Of a stretch of DNA of 64,000 bases, positions 40,395 to 49,680 are shown piece by piece (positions within the stretch are counted from its first letter, which is position 1; every line of letters begins with the position of its first letter). The stretch is from the NCBI GenBank assembly GCA_045545475.1, contig JAZQAZ010000034.1, positions 1-64,000 of the forward strand. Direction: 5' to 3'. Position numbers and translations under genes: made by a program. The notes beneath the pieces were generated by a model. That model was not told the DNA's origin. It worked only from the letters and a program-made list of their open reading frames with translations, and searched no databases. This DNA comes from Clostridia bacterium. GTDB lineage: Bacteria > Bacillota > Clostridia > CAKSNL01 > HGM11501.

Positions 40395-41310
40395 TTTTAC
40401 AAAAAACAGTAAAATATTTGCCATCGTTTCTCTGGTTCTCATTCTTGCCGGAATCGTAGGCCTTGTAATAAACGGCGGTCTTAACTACGGTATCGACTTT
40501 ACAGGCGGTACAAACATTCAGCTTTCCATGAAAACAGAAAGCTATGAAATTTCCGCAACAACAGACGAAATTGAAGACCTTGTGTCAGGCGTTCTTGGCG
40601 GTGCTGAGGTTCAGGCGCAGTCTCTCGGAACAGAGGCCATTGTTATAAAGACTGTTGAGCTCGGCGGATATTTAGATGCAGAGGCTGAAGCAGTTGAGGG
40701 CGAAAGCGATGTTGAAAAGGTTTTCGCAGCAATTGAAGAAGCATATGGCATTTCCATTCCCGAAGAGGAGAGAAACGTAACCACAATCAGCGCATCCACA
40801 AGTAAGAAAATCTTAACCGATTCTCTTTCTGCAACATTACTTGCTGTTGTGCTTATGCTGCTCTACATCACCGTAAGATTCGAATTCCTGTCAGGTGCTG
40901 CAGCTGTTATCGGTCTTATCCATAACATCGTAATTATGATCGGTGCATATGCACTCTTCCGTCTTCCCATAAACAACTCCTTTGTTGCGGCAGTTCTTAC
41001 AATTGTAGGTTACTCCATCAACAATACAATCGTTATTTTCGACCGTGTGCGTGAAAACGTTAAGAAGGAGAGAAAGCTTTCCTATAAAGATATTGCTGAC
41101 AAGAGCGTAACTCAGTCTTTAGCCCGAACAATCAACAGCTCTATTACCACACTTCTTACAATAGGAATGCTTTATATCATGGGCGTAAACTCCATAAGAG
41201 AGTTTGCACTTCCCATCATCATCGGTATCGTTGCAGGTACCTACTCTTCAATTTTCCTTTGTGCACCTCTTTGGGTTAAGATGAAGGAAGCCTTCATTAA
41301 GAAAAGATAA
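40381..41310 (+). CDS. secF: Protein translocase subunit SecF
   Basis: GIDFTGG, GYSINNTIVIFDRVRE, GTYSSIF. Confidence 0.95.
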   Translation: MKQYNFTKNSKIFAIVSLVLILAGIVGLVINGGLNYGIDFTGGTNIQLSMKTESYEISATTDEIEDLVSGVLGGAEVQAQSLGTEAIVIKTVELGGYLDAEAEAVEGESDVEKVFAAIEEAYGISIPEEERNVTTISASTSKKILTDSLSATLLAVVLMLLYITVRFEFLSGAAAVIGLIHNIVIMIGAYALFRLPINNSFVAAVLTIVGYSINNTIVIFDRVRENVKKERKLSYKDIADKSVTQSLARTINSSITTLLTIGMLYIMGVNSIREFALPIIIGIVAGTYSSIFLCAPLWVKMKEAFIKKR

Positions 41311-41322
41311 AAATGAAAATAA

Positions 41323-41353
41323 TAAACGGCCAAGGCTTGCCTTGGCCGTTTAT
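41323..41353 (+). terminator. Intrinsic terminator after secF
   Basis: taaacggccaagg-cttg-ccttggccgttta. Confidence 0.75.
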
Positions 41354-41355
41354 AT

Positions 41356-41384
41356 TTGACTTTTCATTACGAAAGGTGTATAAT
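41356..41384 (+). promoter_or_regulatory. Sigma-A type promoter
   Basis: TTGACT-17 nt-TATAAT. Confidence 0.75.
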
Positions 41385-41413
41385 GACCTTACAATTTATA
41401 AGGAGAGATGACA

Positions 41414-43237
41414 ATGAAAAAGAAATTTTTTGCGGCAATATGTGTTTTTGTGCTTGCCATGGCGGCACTCACTCTTACTTCCTTTGCGGCAAGAAAGGAG
41501 AGTTTGCCCATAACTCTTCGCACAACGGGATATAAAACAGTGAATGAAACGGTAATTACAAGGTTTGAAGTTACCGAAATTGAATCTTACTACAATGACC
41601 AGATACAACTGTGCTTCGAAATGGACAGAATAGTGGTTTCCGGAAGCAACTCAATCAGCATGGAAGTGGACTGCTTCGATGCTGAGGGCGAATATATAAA
41701 AACGGTATACTTAAGTTCATACAGCGATTATATACTGGTACCCGACAATACCGCAACAATTGAACTTAAGGCAGATACCCCTGCATCCGACAGCGAAAGC
41801 TATGTTTACCGCAAATATGTAGCATTATACAATATTGACGGGGCAACTGCACAGGTTACTAATATACAGGCAGCTACTTATCAGGAAAACGGATGGCGTA
41901 CCGCAGCACAGTATAACAATATTAAGAGAACGCTTCCCATTAACCTGGTTTATGATGACGGTGATATTACAACTATAAGTGCATTTGATATTACAAAAGT
42001 AGAAACCGCATGGGATGGAGATCTCAGGCTGAGCTATTCGCTGGAATATGAGTATACAAGAGGATACAGCGGCCCATCTATATACATAAGATGTTACAAT
42101 TCTTCAAGAGAATGTGTTGATACAATGTTAGTTTCGGAGTACGGTTCATATGTGGATGTTCCCTATGATACCACCGATATTGAGCTGTTTACCAAGTATG
42201 GTGCAGCAGACAGCCAGAGCTATCTCATAAGCAATTATTCCACGATGTATTCATCCGACGGAAGAAGCATAGTTGTAAGTGATTTGCAGATATCTTCCTA
42301 TGAGGCTGTGGGTTGGGCACTTGCGGTTCCCGTTTACGCTTATGAAAACGGAGAATTTACGAGAATGACTTATATAAGTCCTTATGACGTTTCTTCGTGG
42401 CAGGCTGTAGGCTGGTACAGCTATGAAGAAACCTGCAATGCCGAAACCTTGTATGCAATGGATGAAAACGGTAAGTTTACGAGAACACTTAAGGTTCCGC
42501 AGAGGTTGGTATCTGCATATACGGCGGTTGGTTGGTATACCTATTCTCAGAAAAATGATATTGAAACTGCCGTAACTTTGTACGCACCGGATGCAAACGG
42601 AAACTTCACAAGAACCATAAGCGTGCCTGCAAAGGATGTTGCCGCATATACGGCGGTTGGTTGGTATACAAAAGAGGAAGCCTTTAAGAAAACGAGTCTT
42701 CCTGTTATATTCTGCAATGCCAATGGCGGAACAATTACATTCAGTAACTTTACGGTTAACGGCGTAAGTAAAGATGATGACGGCAGAACAAAGATTGAAT
42801 ATGAAATCGGATACACAAATAACAGTAACTCGAATTTTAAGATTTTATATAATCTTTATGATGCGTACGGCAATCTTTACGGGTCCGTCACGAGCAGTCA
42901 TACGACAAGAGGCTCAGAAAAGGAAAATTGGACACTCCGAACAGATAGTAAAATTGCAAAAATTGAAATAAAATTAGACGGCGGAGCAAGTAACAGCCAG
43001 ACTTATGTATACAGTAATATGATAACAGTATATGCCTCCGACGGAAGAACCATGGAAATTTATGATTTGCAGCTTCCCGTTTACGAAGCTGTGGGCTGGT
43101 ACTCATCGCCGGAAGCGGCAAATGCTCCTCCTCCCGGGTCCGAGCCGGAAGAACCCCAGGAGCCGGAAGAACCGGCTGCAGGTTCAGCCCCCAAAGGTGA
43201 AAAGCCTTCCAAGCCCAGCAGACCTCCACGCTCATAA
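41414..43237 (+). CDS. Secreted repeat protein of unknown function (VGWY repeats, Pro-rich tail)
   Basis: Signal peptide; repeated YAxD-G...YxAVGWY units; three larger LP(I/V)-initiated modules. Confidence 0.8.
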   Translation: MKKKFFAAICVFVLAMAALTLTSFAARKESLPITLRTTGYKTVNETVITRFEVTEIESYYNDQIQLCFEMDRIVVSGSNSISMEVDCFDAEGEYIKTVYLSSYSDYILVPDNTATIELKADTPASDSESYVYRKYVALYNIDGATAQVTNIQAATYQENGWRTAAQYNNIKRTLPINLVYDDGDITTISAFDITKVETAWDGDLRLSYSLEYEYTRGYSGPSIYIRCYNSSRECVDTMLVSEYGSYVDVPYDTTDIELFTKYGAADSQSYLISNYSTMYSSDGRSIVVSDLQISSYEAVGWALAVPVYAYENGEFTRMTYISPYDVSSWQAVGWYSYEETCNAETLYAMDENGKFTRTLKVPQRLVSAYTAVGWYTYSQKNDIETAVTLYAPDANGNFTRTISVPAKDVAAYTAVGWYTKEEAFKKTSLPVIFCNANGGTITFSNFTVNGVSKDDDGRTKIEYEIGYTNNSNSNFKILYNLYDAYGNLYGSVTSSHTTRGSEKENWTLRTDSKIAKIEIKLDGGASNSQTYVYSNMITVYASDGRTMEIYDLQLPVYEAVGWYSSPEAANAPPPGSEPEEPQEPEEPAAGSAPKGEKPSKPSRPPRS

Positions 43238-43240
43238 ACA

Positions 43241-43276
43241 AAAAGATACCGCATCCGTCGGATGCGGTATCTTTTT
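43241..43276. terminator. Bidirectional terminator
   Basis: aaaagataccgcatccg-t-cggatgcggtatctttt. Confidence 0.85.
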
Positions 43277-43280
43277 TAAC

Positions 43281-44459
43281 TTACTTTAATTCTCTTGCAC
43301 CATCGCCGATATCGAAGATGTAGAAGGATGCTTCATAGCCGATTTTTTCCTTATAAATCTTACCAACGGTTTCGATGAAATTATCTATCGCATCATTTTT
43401 AACAATGCTTACTGTGCATCCGCCAAAGCCTGCACCTGTCATTCTGCTTCCGATTACGCCATCTACCTTCTGTGCGGTCTCAGCCAGGGTGTCAAGCTCA
43501 ACGCCCGTTACCTCGTATAAATCCTTTAAGGAAGCGTGGGATTGATTTAAATACTGACCGAAGGTGGCAATGTCGCCTTTCTTTAAGGCTTCAACGCTCT
43601 TTAATACTCTGTCATCCTCGTAAATTACGTGGGTAACTCTGTTTTTAACGATTTCGTCCTTAATTACATCTTTGTGAGCTTCAAACTCCGCAGGTGTGAT
43701 TTCACCGAGGCAGGTTTTTTCGGGCATCACTTCGTGTAAAAGACGGAAGCCTTCCTCGCACTGACTTCTTCGCTCGTTGTATGCCGATGCGCCAAGCTTG
43801 TGCTTTTTGTTGGTGTTGGAAAGAACCAACTTGCAGTCGCCGATTTCAGCGGGAACCATTTCACACTCCAATGTATCGCACTTTAAGAACATGGCCATGT
43901 TCTTAACACCGTTTGCCGATGCAAACTGGTCCATAATACCGCAGTTTACGCCGACATACTTGTTCTCGGCACGCTGTCCGATTAAGGCAAGCTCGGTTTT
44001 GTTAGCTTCTTTTCCGCCCATCTCGCCTGAGAAGGTGGAGAAAATCTTTGCTGTTACAACCTCGATTGCGGCAGAGGAAGAAAGACCGCTTCCGTGGGGA
44101 ACGCTGTCCTCATAGAGTAAGTCGGCACCCGTTAAAATGTAGCCGTCCTTCATAAGCTCGCAGAGTACGCCTGCCTGATAGTTGCCGTAGTCAATGTCCT
44201 TGTAGTCGCCGATTTTGTCAAGGTCAAGGGTTACGATTCCGTCTAAATCCGTTGCCTTTAAGCGTACAATTCTGTCCGCTCTTTTTCTTACCGCAACGGT
44301 GCTTTCTGCGGAAATTGCCGCAGGGAAAACGAAACCTCCGTTATAGTCGGTGTGTTCGCCTATCAAATTAACTCGTCCGGGAGAAGCGAAAAAACGGATT
44401 TCGCCGCCCTCACCGTAGATTTTTTCAAACTCTTTTTTAAGTGCACATAAATCTGCCAT
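43281..44459 (-). CDS. galK: Galactokinase
   Basis: GRVNLIGEHTDYNGG, GSGLSSSAA, CGIMDQF, SRMTGAGFGGC. Confidence 0.97.
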   Translation of the reverse strand: MADLCALKKEFEKIYGEGGEIRFFASPGRVNLIGEHTDYNGGFVFPAAISAESTVAVRKRADRIVRLKATDLDGIVTLDLDKIGDYKDIDYGNYQAGVLCELMKDGYILTGADLLYEDSVPHGSGLSSSAAIEVVTAKIFSTFSGEMGGKEANKTELALIGQRAENKYVGVNCGIMDQFASANGVKNMAMFLKCDTLECEMVPAEIGDCKLVLSNTNKKHKLGASAYNERRSQCEEGFRLLHEVMPEKTCLGEITPAEFEAHKDVIKDEIVKNRVTHVIYEDDRVLKSVEALKKGDIATFGQYLNQSHASLKDLYEVTGVELDTLAETAQKVDGVIGSRMTGAGFGGCTVSIVKNDAIDNFIETVGKIYKEKIGYEASFYIFDIGDGARELK

Positions 44460-44521
44460 AAAAATCATCCTTTCGATCATTTGCTTTATATTCTATCATA
44501 AAACAAGATGATTTACAAGAA

Positions 44522-46054
44522 TTAATTTCTGAAATCAAAAGAAAGTGTGTTTCCGTCGGACTTGATTTCTTTCTCTGAAACGGCACAGCCACAGGTAAGC
44601 TTAACCTTGTATGAAACGCCCGAAAAGGAAAGTGTAAGTTCCTTTTCGCTTACACTTTTCACTTCATAGGAATGGGGGCATTCGATGCCGATTGCATTTT
44701 TAAGTGTAAAGGGCATTTTGCCTTCAATTTTCATGCCGCTTTCCGTGAGAGTAATCGTAATGTCTGAAAATTCAGCTTTGGCAGAGCCGTTGCTCAAATC
44801 TGTAAATTTCATTTCGCTATTTTCGGGAAAGCTTCCGTCTTCAAATGTAATAAATCCGCCTGCTCTCACGCCTTTCCCGGTAAAGCGACAGCCGTCAATA
44901 AAGGGAAGTGCCTCGTAAGTTGCACAGTTTTCGGTGCATACGGAATCAAGGAAGGGGTCTTTAAGGCTGTCAGAATAAATGTGAAGATCGCGGATACGTA
45001 CGCCTTTTTCGTCGGAATAAATATTAACTCTGAAAAATTTGCTTGAATACCAGAGGGAATTTTTGCCCTCGTCGTCAAAAGCAGTGTGCGCCGTAATTGC
45101 CGAGGCGGGAGTGTCGGAAAAGGTTTTTTTATACCATCTGCCCGTTTCGCCTGCTGTTTCAACGGTGATTTTTCCCTCCCTCTGAAGCTTTTCAAAAAGC
45201 GGGAACTGATAATTAAGCCCATCTTTCATTTTGCTCCAGCCGAAGGAATTTTCCTGACCTGCCTGGGTATAGCCAAAGGAAAGACAGTCGCCGTTAAAGT
45301 TTTCCTTCATATACCAGTCAATCCATTTTGGGTTTCCGCCGCATCCGGGATATACAGGCTCTAAAGAGATAACGTCCTGGCGATTGTAGCTTTCTGCATT
45401 TTCATCAAGCTTGTAGTCATATTGATAAACAGGGTCCGATCCCAGCATTCTGAATAGGGGCACCGGCAGCATATTTTCCTTATTTACAGCAGGAAGGAAC
45501 ACGTTTTTGCGGTTGGGATAATAGCCCTGACCGTAGTATCCGCCCCAGAGGGTGTATCCGTCGGTGCCGAACTGCTCTTTACAGTTCATAAAAGCATCAA
45601 TGCCGTAGTGCTCGTTGGCATATACTGCCGTGTGGGAATCAAAAAGCCAGGAGCCGAAGGTTTTGGGATAGCAGCCAAAAACCTCGTGGAATTTTGAGAA
45701 AAGTACATCGATGAGCTTTTCGCGTTCTTCTTTTGTGTAGCCCACGGAAAAGCCTGTATCTGTGTGCCAGTCCCAGGAATAGCGTCCGCGCCATGTAAGA
45801 TTTGCCGCTTCAACGTGGGGCTGGGTGATTTCATACCAAACGCCGATTTCAAACTGACCGGGGTCAAGCTCCTTTAAAAGATCCTGATAAAAGGGCATAA
45901 TCAGTGCATCATACTGAAGCAGAAAGGTTGCCTTTAAATTGTGCTTTTTAAGAAGAGAAATCTGTTCCTTTACGGGAGTTTCCAGATCCATGGGAAGACG
46001 TGGTTCAACGGCTCTTATAAAGTTTACTATATTTACAATTTGTCTTTTTTTCAT
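44522..46054 (-). CDS. Conserved hypothetical protein, possible glycoside hydrolase/deacetylase-like barrel
   Basis: IVNIVNFIRAVEPR, ATFLLQYDAL, GSW, DGYTLWGGY; start at MKKRQ behind AAGGAG. Confidence 0.6.
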   Translation of the reverse strand: MKKRQIVNIVNFIRAVEPRLPMDLETPVKEQISLLKKHNLKATFLLQYDALIMPFYQDLLKELDPGQFEIGVWYEITQPHVEAANLTWRGRYSWDWHTDTGFSVGYTKEEREKLIDVLFSKFHEVFGCYPKTFGSWLFDSHTAVYANEHYGIDAFMNCKEQFGTDGYTLWGGYYGQGYYPNRKNVFLPAVNKENMLPVPLFRMLGSDPVYQYDYKLDENAESYNRQDVISLEPVYPGCGGNPKWIDWYMKENFNGDCLSFGYTQAGQENSFGWSKMKDGLNYQFPLFEKLQREGKITVETAGETGRWYKKTFSDTPASAITAHTAFDDEGKNSLWYSSKFFRVNIYSDEKGVRIRDLHIYSDSLKDPFLDSVCTENCATYEALPFIDGCRFTGKGVRAGGFITFEDGSFPENSEMKFTDLSNGSAKAEFSDITITLTESGMKIEGKMPFTLKNAIGIECPHSYEVKSVSEKELTLSFSGVSYKVKLTCGCAVSEKEIKSDGNTLSFDFRN

Positions 46055-46250
46055 AAAAAAGTCTCCTTTTCCATTTTTTGCGATTATACTGCCGCTCGCA
46101 TAAAAAGTCAACCGAAAACAGAGAATTGTGTTATTAAATTTAATTTTGTACGATTTTATAATTTTAAAATGTACTTGTATAAAATGGGAAATTGATGTAT
46201 AATGAATAAAATATGCAGAGAATGCATTTTGCAAAAAAGGAGGGAGAACC

Positions 46251-46934
46251 ATGCTTCTTGAAGATGAAAAAATTGAAGAGCTTGGGATTGAAGGCTTAAG
46301 GCTTATTCAATCGGACAAGCTTTTTAAGTACGGCACTGATGCGGTGCTTCTTTCAAAATTCGCCAAGGTGAAAAAAGGTGGCGAGGTTTTGGACTTTTGC
46401 ACAGGAAGCGGAATAATTCCTCTCCTTATGTATGCCCGAAACAAGGAATGCTCCTTCGATGCCCTTGAAATAACGGAAAAAGCCTCGGATATGGCAAGGC
46501 GGAGTATGGAATTAAATAACCTTTCCGATAAAATAAAGGTAACAAAGGGCGATATCAAAAACGCCCGTGAAATTTATAAGGGCAGACAGTTTGATTTAAT
46601 AACCTGCAATCCCCCTTATATGGATGCAGGGGGAGGTTTAGTTAATCCCGACACGGATAAAGCCTGTGCAAGGCATGAAATTTTCTGCACGCTGGAGGAT
46701 GTAATAAGGGAAGCATCCCACTTAGTGCGTCCCGGCGGATTTTTCTCAATGGTGCATCGTCCACGCCGCTTAACCGACATAATGTGCTTTATGAGAGAGT
46801 ATAAGTTAGAGCCGAAACGCCTCACCTTCGTGGCAGACTCACCGGGTAAAGAGCCTGATATGATTTTGATTGAAGGTTTGAAATGCGGCGGAAAGTTCTT
46901 GAAAACAGACATCCTCTATTTAAAGGAGAATTGA
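46251..46934 (+). CDS. tRNA1(Val) A37 N6-methyltransferase (TrmN6/YabB family)
   Basis: GTDAVLLS, LDFCTGSG, CNPPY, ARHE; upstream of rsmI. Confidence 0.9.
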   Translation: MLLEDEKIEELGIEGLRLIQSDKLFKYGTDAVLLSKFAKVKKGGEVLDFCTGSGIIPLLMYARNKECSFDALEITEKASDMARRSMELNNLSDKIKVTKGDIKNAREIYKGRQFDLITCNPPYMDAGGGLVNPDTDKACARHEIFCTLEDVIREASHLVRPGGFFSMVHRPRRLTDIMCFMREYKLEPKRLTFVADSPGKEPDMILIEGLKCGGKFLKTDILYLKEN

Positions 46935-46935
46935 T

Positions 46936-47772
46936 ATGGCAGGAAAACTTTATTTATGTGCAACACCCATCGGAAATTTGTCCGATATTACTCTTCGCTG
47001 TTTAGAAGTTCTGGAATCGGTTGACTTAATTGCGGCGGAGGATACAAGGCACACCTTAAAATTACTTAACCATTTTGAAATTACAAAGCCATTAACCAGC
47101 TACTATGAGCATAACCGAAAGGAAAAAGGCTATATGCTGGCAGATGAAATACTGGCAGGTAAAAATATCGCCCTGGTTTCCGATGCGGGCACTCCCGCAA
47201 TCAGCGACCCCGGCGAGGATCTGGTTGCAATATGCATAGAAAAGGGGATTGATGTTGTCCCCGTTCCCGGATGCGTTGCGGCTATAAATGCTTTAATCGG
47301 AAGCGGTATGCCCACGGGCAGATTTTGCTTCGAAGGCTTTTTAAGCGTAAACAAGCAAAGCAGAAAAGAGCATTTAGAGGCGATAAAAGACGAAACAAGA
47401 ACGATGATTTTCTACGAAGCTCCCCATAAATTACTTGCTACATTAAAGGATTTTGAAAAGGTGTTCGGTGGTGACCGCAGAATTTCCCTTTGCCGTGAGC
47501 TTACTAAAATCCACGAGGAATATGTAAGGCTTACTGTTTCCGAGGCAATAGCTAAATATGAAGAAACGCCCCCAAAGGGAGAGTTTGTGCTGGTGGTATC
47601 GGGGGCAGAGGAAAAAATCGAGGACTTTTCATCCTTGTCCATATCAGACCACGTTGAAATGTATATAAACGAAGGTTTATCTGAAAAGGACGCCATGAAG
47701 GCGGTTGCAAAGGACAGAGGAATTAAAAAAAGCGATATATACGCAGAATATAAATTAGGGAAGTGCGACTAA
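46936..47772 (+). CDS. rsmI: 16S rRNA C1402 2'-O-methyltransferase
   Basis: LYLCATPIGNL, AEDTR, SDAGTPAISDPG, RELTKIHEE. Confidence 0.97.
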   Translation: MAGKLYLCATPIGNLSDITLRCLEVLESVDLIAAEDTRHTLKLLNHFEITKPLTSYYEHNRKEKGYMLADEILAGKNIALVSDAGTPAISDPGEDLVAICIEKGIDVVPVPGCVAAINALIGSGMPTGRFCFEGFLSVNKQSRKEHLEAIKDETRTMIFYEAPHKLLATLKDFEKVFGGDRRISLCRELTKIHEEYVRLTVSEAIAKYEETPPKGEFVLVVSGAEEKIEDFSSLSISDHVEMYINEGLSEKDAMKAVAKDRGIKKSDIYAEYKLGKCD

Positions 47773-48419
47773 TGGAAAAGACAAGAATGATTTTCGTCCG
47801 CCACGGCGAAAGCGAAGGAAATAAGGTACACGCCTTTTTGGGCCATTCCGATGCCAATCTTTCGGAAAAGGGACACCTTCAGGCGGAAAAGACAGCGGAA
47901 TACTTAAAAAACGAAAAAATTGACGCGTTTTATTCAAGTGACCTAAAGAGAGCCTATCAGACGGGCTGTCACATCGCAGGCCGTCACGGATGTGCACCCA
48001 TTCCGGATGAGCAGCTTCGTGAGGTTTTTGCAGGTGAGTGGGAATGGAAAAAGTTTGAGGATTTATTAATAGAATATCCCGTAAGCTTCGGCATATGGAA
48101 GGATAACGTGGGCGAGGCACACCCCGACGGGGGCGAGGCGGTAAGTCACCTTTATGACAGAATTATAAAAAGGGTTTGGGAAATTGCAAGGGAAAACCTT
48201 GGCAAAACCGTTTTAATCACGTCCCACGCAACGCCGATCCGTGCCCTTCGCGCCTATTGGGAAGGCTTGCCCGCCGGGGATATGAAGCTTTTCCCCTGGG
48301 CAAGCAATGCTTCGGTTTCAATTGCAGATTACTATGAGGATGGTCACATTGAGCTTGTATGCTACAGCGACGATTCTTTTATGGGGGATATTGCAACAGC
48401 ATTACCCAAGAATGTGTAA
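47772..48419 (+). CDS. Histidine phosphatase (phosphoglycerate mutase) family protein
   Basis: RHGES, SSDLKRAYQT, LRE, SH motifs. Confidence 0.92.
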   Translation: MEKTRMIFVRHGESEGNKVHAFLGHSDANLSEKGHLQAEKTAEYLKNEKIDAFYSSDLKRAYQTGCHIAGRHGCAPIPDEQLREVFAGEWEWKKFEDLLIEYPVSFGIWKDNVGEAHPDGGEAVSHLYDRIIKRVWEIARENLGKTVLITSHATPIRALRAYWEGLPAGDMKLFPWASNASVSIADYYEDGHIELVCYSDDSFMGDIATALPKNV

Positions 48420-48506
48420 GGGAAAAATTTTCACTTGTCAACGTCAGCGGCGAATATTTCCTGTTTGTAATGCTCTTTATGATATTAAGAAAATCAATAA
48501 GAACAT

Positions 48507-48758
48507 ATGAAAGGACACAGAATGATTGATAAGAAAAAAATCGAGGAATTGTTCAATTACAGTGCAACTATTCCTCTGAACAATGAAGGACTTAGAAAAG
48601 AATATAGGAAGAATTTGTTGTCGGAACTTGGAGAAAACAAGGAAGAGGTTATCCTTTTTATCTCGAATGCAGACGATGACACACGTTTTATGCTGGATGA
48701 AATCTATGAGGAACTGGCTGAGAAGTTTGGCGAAGAGATTGATGATGTGTTGTATTAA
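48507..48758 (+). CDS. Small acidic hypothetical protein
   Basis: 83-aa Glu/Asp-rich helical ORF; start may be 48522. Confidence 0.6.
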   Translation: MKGHRMIDKKKIEELFNYSATIPLNNEGLRKEYRKNLLSELGENKEEVILFISNADDDTRFMLDEIYEELAEKFGEEIDDVLY

Positions 48759-48822
48759 AAATTAGAACCTCAAAAGCTTCTCGCAGGCTATTACTTTGAA
48801 GGAACAAAGATGAAACAAAGGG

Positions 48823-49098
48823 GTGCTATTTTTGAACAGTACAGTATTCACGGTTTTTGTTTTACCTTATTTTATCGGAATAATTATAAGACTGATATTT
48901 GTTAAGTGGAAAAAAGGATATATTTTAACGGGAGCTTTTGCTGCTCTCTCGGTTATAGCGTGGATATGGACAAAGCACCTTACAAATCACGGAGTTGACG
49001 GAACTGTAATGCTTTGGGCTTTGATGATGACAGAGCTTACTGTGGGGGCCTTGATTACAGGCGTAATAAGGCTTTTAATAAAAAAGCTAAAGCGTTAA
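48823..49098 (+). CDS. Small membrane protein (three TM)
   Basis: Hydrophobic 91-aa ORF. Confidence 0.6.
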   Translation: MLFLNSTVFTVFVLPYFIGIIIRLIFVKWKKGYILTGAFAALSVIAWIWTKHLTNHGVDGTVMLWALMMTELTVGALITGVIRLLIKKLKR

Positions 49099-49114
49099 AA
49101 ATGCTTTAGCTATC

Positions 49115-49148
49115 GGCATAACGCTTTGGCGTTGTGCCTTTTATTTTT
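49115..49148 (+). repeat. 34-bp direct repeat (second copy 49693-49726) that also forms an intrinsic terminator
   Basis: GGCATAACGC-TTTG-GCGTTGTGCC-TTTTATTTTT identical at both positions. Confidence 0.9.
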
Positions 49149-49644
49149 ATGTATCGGATAACATGTTGCATATGTCTCTGACAATATCATCAATATTTTT
49201 TTCTGCTGTAATAGGTGTTTCGTTCAACACATCGGAAAAATCTTTTTCGCGCCACCATCTGCGCATATCTTCCTCACCAAATTCATGGCAATTGGATTTT
49301 GTCTGATGTCTCTTCAAAGTTTCCTCGAAAGGTAAATCAAAATAGAAAGCGTATATTTCCGAATTATATAGTTTATTGGAGAGTTCAAATAATGGCTTAT
49401 ACCAATCTGCATTCATTATTCCTTCCAATATAACGATATCGCAATGCTTGTGACCGTATATCAAAAGTTCTTTCATAAGCGGCAGTGCGAGGGTGTTTTC
49501 GCCATCTTTAACTTTAAGCATATCTCTTCTTATTACATCCTGCGAAATAAGCATAGTATTAAATCCGAATCTGTCTTGTAATTCTCTCGCAATCGTGGAT
49601 TTTCCGCTGCCTGAATTACCTCGGAGTATAATTAATTTTTTCAT
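49147..49644 (-). CDS. P-loop kinase (AAA_33-like)
   Basis: LIILRGNSGSGKST, ISQDVIRR, FEETLKRH. Confidence 0.85.
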   Translation of the reverse strand: MKKLIILRGNSGSGKSTIARELQDRFGFNTMLISQDVIRRDMLKVKDGENTLALPLMKELLIYGHKHCDIVILEGIMNADWYKPLFELSNKLYNSEIYAFYFDLPFEETLKRHQTKSNCHEFGEEDMRRWWREKDFSDVLNETPITAEKNIDDIVRDICNMLSDT

Positions 49645-49680
49645 ATTTACACCTCTATGAAAATTTATAATTCTATCTGC

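Noticed and set aside
46055-46252. 66-aa N-terminal extension of the 44522 ORF given in the track
   Set aside because: Covers the AT-rich divergent promoter region; the RBS supports the start at 46054
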